Source: Hyaloraphidium curvatum SAG 235-1
Lineage: Eukaryota > Fungi > Monoblepharomycota
Reading direction: 5' to 3'
Length of the DNA stretch: 64,000 nt
Assembly (NCBI GenBank): GCA_025558095.1
Contig: JAIVFI010000017.1
Location: forward strand, 62,001-126,000
The notes below the pieces were generated by a model, which saw nothing but the letters and a program-made list of their open reading frames with translations, was not told the DNA's origin and made no database searches. Below, one piece after another: positions 20,671 through 30,858 of this stretch (its first letter is position 1; every line of letters begins with the position of its first letter). A program made the translations under genes and the position numbers.

Positions 20671-22233
20671 CTATGACGACGAAGGGCACACGCTCTGGAC
20701 CGTAAAATGCACCCCGGCGCCCCTGAGCGCTCCCGTCAGTGCAAACCCGACCGTGATCCCCGTGGCTACCACCGCCCTCGCCGTCCCGTACCCGATCGGG
20801 AATCCGAGCAGCGCCACGCGGGCGTGGCCGAGGGCCATGAAGGAATCGAGGAGTTCGGCGTGGTTCTTGAGCGCCGCGAGCGACGCCGGCCATCCTGTCG
20901 GCAGGGGGTCGGGCGGCGCCGCTTCCGCGTCCAGAGCGAGCGACCGGGCGGCCGTACGGGCATCCGAATAGAGCTTCATCGTGTCGTTGATCTGATCGTT
21001 CGAAGCCGCGAGGTACGACAGTTCCAGCGCTGCGGTCGCAAGCATCCCAACGGCAGCGACGAGCTGCCAGAGCGTGAAACATGGTCCGGCCGCAAAGTTG
21101 AGCACAGCAGCAATTACTTGGACGACGAAGGCAACAAGAAGGTTCTGCTGCATGATTGCGGTGTATGTGAAACGGGAGAGAAGATCCGCCGCGAAAGCGG
21201 CGTTGAGCTGCCTGTAGAGTTCCGTGCTAGCATCCGTACATGGCGGAACCCCTTGGCCGTCAAGGAGAAAGGATCGGTACCGGGAGAGCATGGAGCGAAG
21301 CGCAGCAGAGACAACGCGGTGCTGCACGCGGAGCCGGAAGTTCAGCGAAGGGTGGGTGTTGATGAACGTGCAGCGCCACAGCGCCGTCAACAGGTTGCCG
21401 AGGAACCAACCCGCCACGACCAGCACAAACGCCGCGGAGCCCCATGATCGGAAAAAGAGGTTCGCCATTGTCAACATGGGCGTCCACAGCGCGAGGGTGA
21501 GCTCAAGTGACGAACGGCCAACGTAGAAGAGGGCGTCGCCAGCCCGTGCCCAGGCATCGGCTTTCAGAAGCCCTCCAGCGCAACTGGCTTTTGCGCACGG
21601 GCAAAGCTTGTCCAGCGGGTCGTGTTCGACGAGAACAGATGGCTCCTTTTGGCCTCCAATGTCAATGTCGACTCGCGCGCCGTCGCTGACTGACTCATCT
21701 TCTTCTCGCTCACCCTTACTGGAGGTGAGCTTTCGCCAGCGGACGTAGGGAGCCATCGGTTGGACATTAGCCGTCATCGTCGTCCCCCGCCACGACTTCA
21801 GCATCCTCGGCATCGAAAGGTAAAGCAGCATTTGGTGCGAAACCTCGCCCACGACGGCCAGCGATCCCAACACGAGTGCTACGGCCGAAAACGGGGGCAT
21901 CGAGACGTGCAGACCCATCCAGATCAGGCAGAGTGCGACGCCGGGGAGCACGGCAGCGTGCCTTAGGTGGGGCTTGCAGAGAATAGGCCACAGGGCAGCG
22001 CGCAACCGTATCAACGCGCCCAGAAGCGGCGCCCCGGCGTCCTCCAGGGCCTTTGTAAACGAAGGTACGTCGAACGGGGCCGAGTCGCGCGCGTGTTTGC
22101 CCGGGTCGCGGTCGAACAGCGTTACGGCGGCAGCGAGGTCGCGCGTCACGGGAGACGGCATGGGGTGGACCACAGCCCATTCCTCGGGCTGCAGGGACGA
22201 CGTCGATGGGCCTTCCATTGGCAGCGACAGCAT
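20671..22233 (-). CDS. Uncharacterised ~7-TM membrane protein with HDxxDxxCPCxxxSC motif (paralog B)
   Basis: Intronless ORF; EHDPLDKLCPCAKASC; RVQHRVV; LAASNDQI; LLGFPIGYGTARAVVATGITVG...GV.FTVQSVC, homologous to paralog A. Confidence 0.75.
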   Translation of the reverse strand: MLSLPMEGPSTSSLQPEEWAVVHPMPSPVTRDLAAAVTLFDRDPGKHARDSAPFDVPSFTKALEDAGAPLLGALIRLRAALWPILCKPHLRHAAVLPGVALCLIWMGLHVSMPPFSAVALVLGSLAVVGEVSHQMLLYLSMPRMLKSWRGTTMTANVQPMAPYVRWRKLTSSKGEREEDESVSDGARVDIDIGGQKEPSVLVEHDPLDKLCPCAKASCAGGLLKADAWARAGDALFYVGRSSLELTLALWTPMLTMANLFFRSWGSAAFVLVVAGWFLGNLLTALWRCTFINTHPSLNFRLRVQHRVVSAALRSMLSRYRSFLLDGQGVPPCTDASTELYRQLNAAFAADLLSRFTYTAIMQQNLLVAFVVQVIAAVLNFAAGPCFTLWQLVAAVGMLATAALELSYLAASNDQINDTMKLYSDARTAARSLALDAEAAPPDPLPTGWPASLAALKNHAELLDSFMALGHARVALLGFPIGYGTARAVVATGITVGFALTGALRGAGVHFTVQSVCPSSS

Positions 22234-22359
22234 GGTGGGGCAGAAGGACCGGTTTGACTGAACCGCTGGTGGTGGGCGGTCAACGTGCCGAATTCCTCCA
22301 GCCAGAAACCCGCCGGCGCCGATCTCAAGCAACGTAAAGTCGCGACTTGAGACAGCGGA

Positions 22360-22445
22360 TAATGACAGGTGTCAGATCATGCACATCTAGCTTCGGTATA
22401 GAACCCCAACCCGACCCATCCATACGGTCCCAGCCCCCATCCCCC
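22360..22445 (+). repeat. Duplicated segment B (copy of about 24815-24907, downstream of the reeler gene)
   Basis: TCAGATCATGCACATCTA.CTT.GGTATAGA.CCCCAACCCGACCCATCCAT.CGGTCCCAGCCCC is shared by both sites. Confidence 0.9.
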
Positions 22446-22459
22446 CCAATCCCACAATG

Positions 22460-22512
22460 TAGAGTCAGTGTGTGTCCGTTCGTGCACCGGTGTAGAGTCA
22501 CAGCGGTGCCAG
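22460..22512 (+). repeat. Hairpin repeat, copy 2 (53 bp, extra GTGT)
   Basis: TAGAGTCAGTGTGTGTCCGTTCGTGCACCGGTGTAGAGTCACAGCGGTGCCAG; overlaps the last codons and stop of the monooxygenase. Confidence 0.95.
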
Positions 22513-24018
22513 CGAGGAAAGCCCTGCCACGTACTTTTCCAGCTGCGCCTTATCTGCCGGAGTGCCCCGCCAGCCCACGATCCCATCCGGTCTGACCAAG
22601 ATCCACCCTGCCTCCTTACCCCACGTCTCTTCAGCCCGACCGGCAGCATCATGGATCCAAGGCACCTCTTCCTCTGGGGGATCTTTCCCGACGACGTACG
22701 CGAGGTGACGAAGCGCCAGTCCCGGGCAAGGCAGAGCTCCACCGTAGCACATCAGCGTCCAGTTCGGGTATCGCATCAGCTCCACGAGCCGGACCTGTCC
22801 CATGGTGCCGGGCCTTTTGAGCTCGTCGATTGAATCGAGCCGATCGCCCGGCTGCGCACCCCGATGGCCTTCAGGTATGCGGCCGGCACTAAGGAAACCA
22901 AGTCCAGCATAGCTGATGAACAACTGCGTGTCCTTCCTGGCCGCTTCCGCCGCGTCCGGCTCGCTTTTGCCGTCCATGCGGGCCGAGGTGAGCCCAACAA
23001 CGTCCAGGCCCACGGCGTGCCGTTCGTTGTGGTAGCTTTCCAGAAGTGTTTCTCCCCCGTGCCCCCGCAGGACCGAGACCAGCTTCCAGGCAAGGTTGTG
23101 GGCGTCCTGCAACCCCGTGTTCATCCCGAGACCGCCGATCGGGGGATGGATGTGAGCGGCGTCTCCGGCGAGCAAGACGCGGCGGTCGCGGTACCGGGGC
23201 ACGAGGCGGTGACTGATCTTGTAGAAGCTCGTCCAGCGGGCGCTGACGATGTTAAGGTCGGGGGGCAGCTTCTGCCGGAGCTGGTCGACCGTTGGCGGCG
23301 AACTGCCGGTTTCCTCCTCCCAAAGGTCCCTCGGCGCCTGCATGCTCACGCGGTACCGCTTCGGGTTGCCAAAGATGGGGATGGCGACGCAAAGCCCGAA
23401 GTCCTTGCGGATGATTTTCCATGCGTCGGCGTGCTCGCGATCCTCCCAATCCAGCTCAACGTCGCCGAGCATGAATTTCGGCTCGAACCTGCCGCCTTCG
23501 AACGGTATCCCGAGTAGCTTCCGCACGATGCTGTGTGCTCCATCGCAGCCGACCACGAACTGTGCCGAGATGGTCGTGCCGTCCGCGAGCACGCAGGTCA
23601 CGGAGTCCCCTTGCTGCTCCAGCGAGACGACTTCGGTGCCGTACTGCACGCCTCCGCCGTGCTCGACCAGCGAAGCCTCCAGCACGCGCTCGGCCTCGTA
23701 CTGCGACAGGGAGAACGCGCCGTACGGCAGCCCGTCCGGTCCCGCCGGCGGCACCTCGAGTCTCGACACCCTCTTCCCGTCCACGACCGTGTTCAGCGCC
23801 CTGAAAAAAAGGCCCCGGTCTAGGGCGTCGTTCAGGATCCCAAGCTGGTCAAAGATCTCAAGCGTGCGGGGAGTAATTCCCAGCGCCTTGCAGAATTCGT
23901 TGCGGGAAGAGCGGCGGTCGACTATGGTGTGGGGGACGGCCGAGCGCGCCAGGAGGTTGGCGAGGAGGAGGCCAACGGGGCCCGCGCCGACAATGAGGAC
24001 CGAGGTGCGCTCGTTCAT
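22498..24018 (-). CDS. FAD-dependent aromatic monooxygenase (FAD_binding_3, PheA/TfdB-like), intronless, bacterial-like
   Basis: VLIVGAGPVGL; VVGCDGAHSIVRK; RVLLAGDAAHIHPPIGGLGMNTGLQDAHNLAWKL; LLESYHNER; C-terminal LVRPDGIVGWR. Confidence 0.93.
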   Translation of the reverse strand: MNERTSVLIVGAGPVGLLLANLLARSAVPHTIVDRRSSRNEFCKALGITPRTLEIFDQLGILNDALDRGLFFRALNTVVDGKRVSRLEVPPAGPDGLPYGAFSLSQYEAERVLEASLVEHGGGVQYGTEVVSLEQQGDSVTCVLADGTTISAQFVVGCDGAHSIVRKLLGIPFEGGRFEPKFMLGDVELDWEDREHADAWKIIRKDFGLCVAIPIFGNPKRYRVSMQAPRDLWEEETGSSPPTVDQLRQKLPPDLNIVSARWTSFYKISHRLVPRYRDRRVLLAGDAAHIHPPIGGLGMNTGLQDAHNLAWKLVSVLRGHGGETLLESYHNERHAVGLDVVGLTSARMDGKSEPDAAEAARKDTQLFISYAGLGFLSAGRIPEGHRGAQPGDRLDSIDELKRPGTMGQVRLVELMRYPNWTLMCYGGALPCPGLALRHLAYVVGKDPPEEEVPWIHDAAGRAEETWGKEAGWILVRPDGIVGWRGTPADKAQLEKYVAGLSSLAPL

Positions 24019-24237
24019 CTTGTGCAGTTGAATATTCGTTGCTTAAGTTGCTTTGCTTTGGACCCGCTCATGTCCCGCCGCGCCCGTTCCGATCGCTATC
24101 ATCGCCCCGGTGCTTCATCAGTCATAAGGCAACATGGAGGACGCCGACATCCGCCGCACTTTACCGAGGCCGACTGGAACGCGATCCTTCCCCTGTTTTC
24201 GCCCGCCGAGGAGGATAGGCCGTTCCGTCTGGCAGGC

Positions 24238-24590
24238 ATGGGGACCGGGGGAATGTACACGTTCCGGGGAGGCTTGCTGCTGGTCGCCGTCGTTCCGGGG
24301 GCGTGGTGGCTTACAACGAGGGGGTGGCAGTACAGGTTGTCGGTCGGGAGGTGGGCCGCGGAGGTGCAGCCGGCGGCGAAAGGTGTGATGGATGAAGATG
24401 GGCTGAAAGATGGGGTGGATGGGGACGGGGACTCGGCTGCAGCGATGGAGGCTACGGAGTAAGAGGTGTTGGCGGAGGAGATCGCTCGGCCGGACAAGGC
24501 CTAGGAAGCTTAGCTGGCTTGGCCGGAATGGCAAACATTTGTACAGCTACGGGGTCGTCTACTTATGCATGTTTTTGGAACACTTCCGTC
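24238..24590 (+). pseudogene. Duplicated 3' end of the MFS gene (segment A', copy of about 20291-20655)
   Basis: MGTGGMYTFRGGLLLVAVVPGAWWLTTRGWQYRLSVGRWAAEVQPAAKG is nearly identical to the MFS C-terminus; it has an early TAA and the similarity extends into the 3' UTR. Confidence 0.9.
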
Positions 24591-24919
24591 GGTGCCTCTG
24601 CAGATCGCTTCGTGGTCCACCCTCAGCCTAGATCTACGCCGCTCGGCTCTCCTTCGCAGCAACATGGCAACGACCGGGTTCGCTGCTCAGAGCGTATTTG
24701 GTGCAGCGCATGAGCTCAATCGTGATCGATGTCCCAATCCTTGGCCGCGATATTGCATTGACCGTGGTGTGCAAGCGCAATTTGCACGGCGGCGCGCAGA
24801 CGAGGCGGCAGTGAAATGACAGATGTCTGTAGAATCAGATCATGCACATCTAACCTTGGTATAGACCCCCAACCCGACCCATCCATGCGGTCCCAGCCCC
24901 GATCCCCACCCGATCGCCT

Positions 24920-26200
24920 TCACCAATCCTTCGCCGCGGCCCTCTGCCCCGCCCCCCTCCTCACCCTCTTCCCCCCGATCCGCGCCCCCATCCCGCCCAG
25001 CGCCGCCCCTCCCGCCGAGCCGAAAGCCGGCCGCGTCGTCCGCGCCCGCCTCCGCGAGGTGGTCGGCGCCATGGCGAGGGGCACGGGCTCCCACTCCTGC
25101 CACGGGTCCTCGTCCATACGCGGTTCCGGGGCCAGGGGCCCGAGGCGGACGGCGATCTGGGAGAGCTCGCCGAGGGGTTGGAGCTCGGGGGGGAGCCGGT
25201 TCTCGGGGTCCATGGTGGCGGTGGGTTCCGGCGGCGAGGTGGTGGTGGGGCGGAGGGTCGTCGTCGGCGCGGGAGCGGTGGTGGTGGGGCGCGCCTGCGC
25301 GACGGTGGTGGTCGGCAGCACGGCGACGACCGTCGTGGTCGGGGCGGCCGGAACAGTCGTTGGCGGGACGATCGCAACCGTCGTGGTCACGACGAGGACA
25401 GGCGTCGTGGTCACTGCCGCCAGCGTGGTGTCGAGAGTCGGGGTCAGGCTCTCCGTGGCTTCCGCAACGGTGGTTGCTGCTACGGGCTCGGTCGTGACGA
25501 CGGGCGGGAGAGTGCGGGTGGTCGGGTTCGCGGCCTCGATGCCATCCGGCCGGCGATAGGTGAACGAGGCCATCGGCAGCTCGTACCATTGCAACTTGGA
25601 GGTGAGGACTGCATGGCATGGGGTTCGTGAGCCGCCGGTAACGAGCGCAACTCCAAGCAGAGGGAGCCCACCGATGGCGATGACGTTGATCTCCACGCCA
25701 TCCTCGGGAACGCGGGCGAACGCCTTCCAGCGCAACTCGAAGCGGCCGGCCTTTTCCTCGGGCGAGTTGTGCTCCAGGATGGCGTCCTCGTTGGTCCCGC
25801 AGTCCTGCTTCACCTTGAGCTTGTCGCCGTAGTTGGAGAAAATGCCGGCATAATCGACCCTGTCCGCTGCGTACAGCAACAGGCCCTTGAAGGGGGAGGC
25901 GGCCTCGAGGATGACCTTGTAGACGCCCGGTTCGTCTTCGATCGCCGCAGCGCTCAGCGTGTAGGGACCCGAGCCCTCCGTGACCGGGCCGTGCGGGGCA
26001 GTCATCTGGTCAAGCTGCTTCCTCGAGCAGAGGGTTCCGGCCGAGTTGGGGTTGGCGGAGGCGGGAAGGACGGCGCAGCCCAGTGCCAGCAGGAGGGCGG
26101 CCAGGAACCACCAGAGCCGCAGCCCCGGGGCCGTCGGTGGTCGGCGCGGACGTATAGCGGCCGAAGTGCGGTTGGCCGAGGGGAGAAACTCCCCCCGCAT
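24920..26200 (-). CDS. Secreted reeler-domain-like protein with Thr-rich mucin-like stalk; probable in-frame intron 25609-25671
   Basis: Signal peptide WWFLAALLLALGCAVLPASA; PYTL...YKVIL...PFKGLLLYA...AG.F...C.....EHNS..K.....RW pattern; TT repeats. Confidence 0.7.
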   Translation of the reverse strand: MRGEFLPSANRTSAAIRPRRPPTAPGLRLWWFLAALLLALGCAVLPASANPNSAGTLCSRKQLDQMTAPHGPVTEGSGPYTLSAAAIEDEPGVYKVILEAASPFKGLLLYAADRVDYAGIFSNYGDKLKVKQDCGTNEDAILEHNSPEEKAGRFELRWKAFARVPEDGVEINVIAIGGLPLLGVALVTGGSRTPCHAVLTSKLQWYELPMASFTYRRPDGIEAANPTTRTLPPVVTTEPVAATTVAEATESLTPTLDTTLAAVTTTPVLVVTTTVAIVPPTTVPAAPTTTVVAVLPTTTVAQARPTTTAPAPTTTLRPTTTSPPEPTATMDPENRLPPELQPLGELSQIAVRLGPLAPEPRMDEDPWQEWEPVPLAMAPTTSRRRARTTRPAFGSAGGAALGGMGARIGGKRVRRGAGQRAAAKDW

Positions 26201-26773
26201 CGCTGGCAGGGGTTCCCGGTGCAGGCGCCGCAGCCGGGGCGGTGCCGGAGCCGGGATCGCCCGCGCCGCCCCCCGGCCCCGCCGCCCCGGGCTCGGGATT
26301 GGGGACGGCGTCCGCATCGTCCAAGAGTCGCCGGCGCGGCCGTCCGGCGGCCGATGTCGGCAAGGGTGGTGCATCGAGATAGTTTTTGCGGCCCACTCCC
26401 GAACCGCCCCACGCACAAAAGGTCCCTATCGCGGGTGACGCACGCGGATCAGCATTCAACCTTCAACATCCTTGAGCGCATCCACTGCACTCGCAGCAGA
26501 AATGGAAGTGTGCGCTTCAAACATGCCGCAGGGTGCGGTTTGCGTGCCGGAAGGGACCCAGCAGAGGCCCACGGCCCTGCGAAAGGAACAGGGAGGCCGA
26601 CAACCGTAAATCGGGCAAGCTTGCTCTAGAGCGACCTACAACACTGGATGAAATGGTGCTCGCGATGCATGGCAGCCGTCGTCGATGTGCGCGCAGGTCT
26701 GTCGTGATTGGACGCCAACCACCTCGCCCTCGACTTCCTCGCGTCCCACGAACCGCACACCCCGCACATTGTG

Positions 26774-28195
26774 ATGGACGGCAAACCCTCCCCCGAGGTC
26801 CTCCGCCTGCGGGCCGAGAATGCCGAGCTCCGCCGCCGCGCGTCGGCCGTGCGCGGCGCCCTCGGGACCTCGGCCTCGCGGCTCCGCGACGCGGCCAAGT
26901 CGTCCGCCGCAGCCGGCGCCGCCGCGCGGCCCTCGAAACCGCTTCTGCTCGCCGCCGCGGAGATGGCCGGCGCCGCAGAGGACATCGAAGCCGCCGTGCG
27001 GCTCGCGGATCTCGCGCCGCGCCTTTCGCACGACGCACTCGTGGCGGTCATGGGCCAGCTCCTGTCTTCGGACTCGCGCGCGACGCTGCTGGAGCTCATG
27101 CTGGCGTCGCGGAGCACCTACGCTGCGGGCCTGCCGGTGCTGTTCCGCGTGATCTCGCTCGAGCCGCTTGCAAAGGGGTCGCTCAGCAAGACCGTCGTGG
27201 CTTTCTCGCAGCTCTTTTCGCGCTCCGACCGGACTGCCCTCGAACAAGTCAGGAGGCTGCGCCTTTGTCCGTTAGAAATCAGCCTCGGACCTGCCGAAGT
27301 GGAGTTCGTCTGGTGTCCCGCCGTCCTTTCGTGCACGAACCTCGAGCTCCTCTCGGTGGACATCAGCTCCTGTCACCTCTTCGAGACGTTCTGGCCGCGG
27401 GTCATGCAGCTGCGCAAGCTCGTGCACTTGAAGATTTATGTCAGCAGCGACTGCTGTTCCGGGCTGCTCCAAGACGGCCTTCCTTTCCTTGAGGATCTCG
27501 GGATCCCGCAGAGCGTCCGGCTGCTGACCGTCGATCACGCGGATGCCGCCTTTGTCCGCCAAGATCTGCTCGCGCGAACCAAGGACACGGCGCTCAGCTC
27601 TCCGTTGCTCCGGCTGATCGAGCGGATCGCGGGTCAGCTGACCGAGTGGCGCCTCGATTGCGGTGTGCACCTCCCGCCCCTGAGGCGCTTCCCCGCCGCG
27701 GCCGCGAAGCTCAAATCGATCGAAATCGGACCCGATCTGGAGTTCAAGTACATCGACAAGCGGCTGTTCGCCGCCAACGACTTCCGCCCGCGCCGCCTCG
27801 TGTTCCCCTGCGGCTGGCACGCCTCGTGGGCGCTGGACGGCATCGAGGAGATCCTGACCTACTACGCCGATCCGGAGCAGCTCGTTGTTCTCCCCGCCTC
27901 CCTCAAGAAGCTCCACCTCATCTCGCCCGGCGAGCTCACCGACGACGCCCCGCTGGCCGCGATCATGGCAGCCTTCGCCGCCGTTCCGCAACTCAAGGCG
28001 CGGGTCTCGGACCTCGAGCACGGGGACGACCTGACCTTCTGGCTCTCGTTGCCGGGGATGGTGGACGTGCAGACGACCGAGGAAAGCGAGCTCGGATCGG
28101 AGGAAGAAGATGAAAATGAAGACGATGAGGAAGGGAGCTCGGGCGAGGGCTCGGGCGAGGACATCGGCTCGGACGATGATCCTGGTTCAGAATGA
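26774..28195 (+). CDS. Uncharacterised F-box-like/LRR-like protein with acidic tail
   Basis: LSHDALVAVMGQL...TLLELMLASRSTYAAGLPVLFRVISL (F-box-like), LxxLxL repeats, D/E-rich C-terminus. Confidence 0.55.
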   Translation: MDGKPSPEVLRLRAENAELRRRASAVRGALGTSASRLRDAAKSSAAAGAAARPSKPLLLAAAEMAGAAEDIEAAVRLADLAPRLSHDALVAVMGQLLSSDSRATLLELMLASRSTYAAGLPVLFRVISLEPLAKGSLSKTVVAFSQLFSRSDRTALEQVRRLRLCPLEISLGPAEVEFVWCPAVLSCTNLELLSVDISSCHLFETFWPRVMQLRKLVHLKIYVSSDCCSGLLQDGLPFLEDLGIPQSVRLLTVDHADAAFVRQDLLARTKDTALSSPLLRLIERIAGQLTEWRLDCGVHLPPLRRFPAAAAKLKSIEIGPDLEFKYIDKRLFAANDFRPRRLVFPCGWHASWALDGIEEILTYYADPEQLVVLPASLKKLHLISPGELTDDAPLAAIMAAFAAVPQLKARVSDLEHGDDLTFWLSLPGMVDVQTTEESELGSEEEDENEDDEEGSSGEGSGEDIGSDDDPGSE

Positions 28196-28272
28196 TGATG
28201 CCAAACGATGATATCTTCCATAAAAGAACCATGCCACAGTAATTCCGGGCCTCAAATGTGTCGAAAGTAGTC

Positions 28273-29485
28273 CTACCACGCCACATTTCGCGCCTTGTCC
28301 GTCTCGCGCTCCTCCTCGTACTCGATCTCCACCTTCCTCCTTTTCACTTTTGCGGGCGGCGGCGGCGCCGGCTTCCGCTTGCCCTTGTCGCGGCCCTTTG
28401 GCGGCGCCTCCTCCTCCGAAGCTTCGTCCGAGCCTTCTTCCGAGGCAACCTCGGACTCGTCGTCCGAGCCGAGCGCCTCGCGGCCGTCGTCCTCCTCGTC
28501 CAGGTCCTCGAACTCGCCCTCCATTCCTTCGAACAGCTCCTCCATGTCCTCCTCCTCGCTCTCCTCCTCGACAAACTCGCGCTCGAGCTCGTCCTCGCTG
28601 CCCTCTTCCTCCTCCATCTCCTTCTCCAGGTTGTCCGCGTCCGTCTCGCCCTCGCGCTCCCCGACCATCCCGTCCAGGACCTTGCCAAACACCTCCTGGC
28701 GCTCGTTGACGATGGCATCGGGCCCGTAGACCCCGAGCTTCAGCCGCGCCAGGAGCTCCTTCTCGATCGCGCGGTCCAGCTTGGCGGCCGCGAGCGCCTT
28801 GCGCTCCCTCGTGCGGAGCTTCTTCTCGTGCTTGGCAATGATGGGCACCAGCGACGTGCTCTTTTCCCTCTCCAGGCGCCGCACGCGTATCAGGTACTGC
28901 CACATCTTGGTCAGCCGCTGCTTGCACTTGTGCCGGTGGAACATAGGCCAGTGCTCGAGCTCCCGGTCGATGACCTTGAGCGCGGCGGTGTAGTTGCCCA
29001 TGGGGAGGGCGATGCGCTCCCAAAGCCGCGAGGGCATGTGCGCGCGCTCGATGGTCTTCATATAAAGGTAGAGGACGCCTGGGGTGGCCGGTTAGAGCCG
29101 TCGGCGGAAACCGAGGAAGAGAAGCGACGCACCCTCATGTTCCCGGACGGTGGCATACCGCGAGTTGGCGAGCGGGCAGGATTGGCGGTTGCAGAGGCCG
29201 GTGACGTTGTACTCGTTCCTGCAAAAGTTCTGGGTTGTGGTCCTGCGTTTCGGAACGGACCAAACGGCGGAGCAGGAGACGGAAAATGTGTAGCGCCATC
29301 CGAAAGTAAGGCACAATTGGAAAGAAGGTGTCCAGCCGGGGATAAGAGGGCAGCGACAGCGAGAACAGGCGGAACCGGTCAGAGCCCATTCCACGAGTCC
29401 GCGGCGACAACCGAGGCACTGACTTGACTTTGAAAGAACAAAACTGGTGGTTTATGACCTGCCAGATGACCTCGTCGTGCTGCAT
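28273..29485 (-). CDS. MAK16: 60S ribosome biogenesis protein Mak16 (multi-exon)
   Basis: [21 protein letters not shown]; [32 protein letters not shown]; [10 protein letters not shown]; EIEYEEE tail. Confidence 0.97.
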
Positions 29486-29715
29486 CGTGGCACGAGAGGG
29501 TCTTGCGATGAAAGGCTGTTGGAAGGTAAACAAAGCGACGCCAGAAGAGGCCCTCCCATCACGTTTGATTTTGAAGATCGAACACAACCGTTGTTTGCTT
29601 GCTTTACACGCAACTCGTACGTCGGCAAGACTCTAGAACATAGCACATGCCAACCCTGGGTGGTTGCTTCATGACATGGCAGACCTCGGGCCATGCGATC
29701 AGGATCTCTATCGTA

Positions 29716-30858
29716 TCAAGCCAAAAGACTACACACCAGGGCAGCAACGAACGAGACCATGGCCACAAGCAAGAACGAGCGTCGATCCCGAGATGCTGCG
29801 CCAGAGCTCGGCCTGCTAGAGCTCTGAGGCCCACTGGTTGTGGATCGCGACGCCAGCGACGTCGTTGCGTCCCCTGAGCGCGGTACCAGCACGTAGATCG
29901 TGTGCCAGTACTTCCCCGTGACCCACAGCCTCCCGGCACTGTCGGTCGCGATGCCGTTCAGCACATCAACGCCGCCCATCGCCTGCTCCTTCTTCACGAG
30001 CTCCGTGCAGTCCAGGTATCCGTCCACTAACCCGTCCTCCAGCCTCACGCGGACGATGCGTTGCGTCTGCCAGATGTTGACAAGCACGGCGGGATTTGGC
30101 CCGGGGTTGAATGGCTGCCCTCCGTCGACGTACTCGAGCTCGTTCAGGTTCCGCACCGGGCGGCCCTGTTCCGTCACCCGCAGCGATCCTTGCGCGGCAA
30201 AGGTAGCGTCCCGGAACGTCAGACGGTCCGACCCGTCGGTGGATATGATGTGGGTATCGTTGTGGGTCAGGCCCCAGCCCTCCGACTCGTACGTGAAGTT
30301 GCCGTTCTGGACCAGCGTGCTGGGCTCGTACCTGCAGGACTTCCGTTACCAATTGGGCGCTGCCGGGCCGCAGAAGCAAAACACACGTGTAGCCGAGCCG
30401 GTTCTGCCACGACCACCACCAGATTTTCCCCGCAAAGAGCGTGGAGCCCTCCCCGAACATGCCCTCCATGGCGGTCATGCCGAAGATGCCGACCGAGGTG
30501 TCGTTCCTGAACGGATTGTACTTGAGGAGCACCGACTCCCCGATCATGCCCGTCGACTCCAGCATGATGTCCGAGCTGATGAACTCGAAGCCCTGCGTGA
30601 AGTGGCGGGGATTGTGCGGGTAGGTCGTGGCCACCGCATAGCGGATTGCGGTAGGCGTGGGAGTCCCCGTCGTGGTCGTCGTTGCCCCAGAGCCGGACGT
30701 CGATGTGCCGGAAGTGGGCGTGGTGGCCGACTGCGCGACCACCGGGCTAAAGAGCGCGAAAATCCCGATGAAAAGGGCAAAGGCGAAGGGAGGGAGGATA
30801 TCTGCAAACAGCATAAGAGTTGAATCGAGAGGCCAAACGGGAATAACGAACATTTCAT
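29716..30858 (-). CDS. Plant/bacterial-type glutaminyl cyclase (glutamine cyclotransferase), secreted, probably GPI-anchored
   Basis: YPHNPRHFTQGFEF, ESTG, FGEGST, EGWGLT, LNELEYV, NIWQT, VLNGIA, LWVTGKYW. Splicing 30802-30851 gives signal peptide MKYILPPFAF...; Ser/Thr-rich and hydrophobic C-tail. An upstream in-frame ATG near 31005 is possible. Confidence 0.88.

Noticed and set aside
16910-24018. Secondary-metabolite biosynthetic cluster (MFS plus monooxygenase)
   Set aside because: No backbone enzyme (PKS, NRPS, terpene synthase) is in the window; the adjacency is explained by rearrangement.
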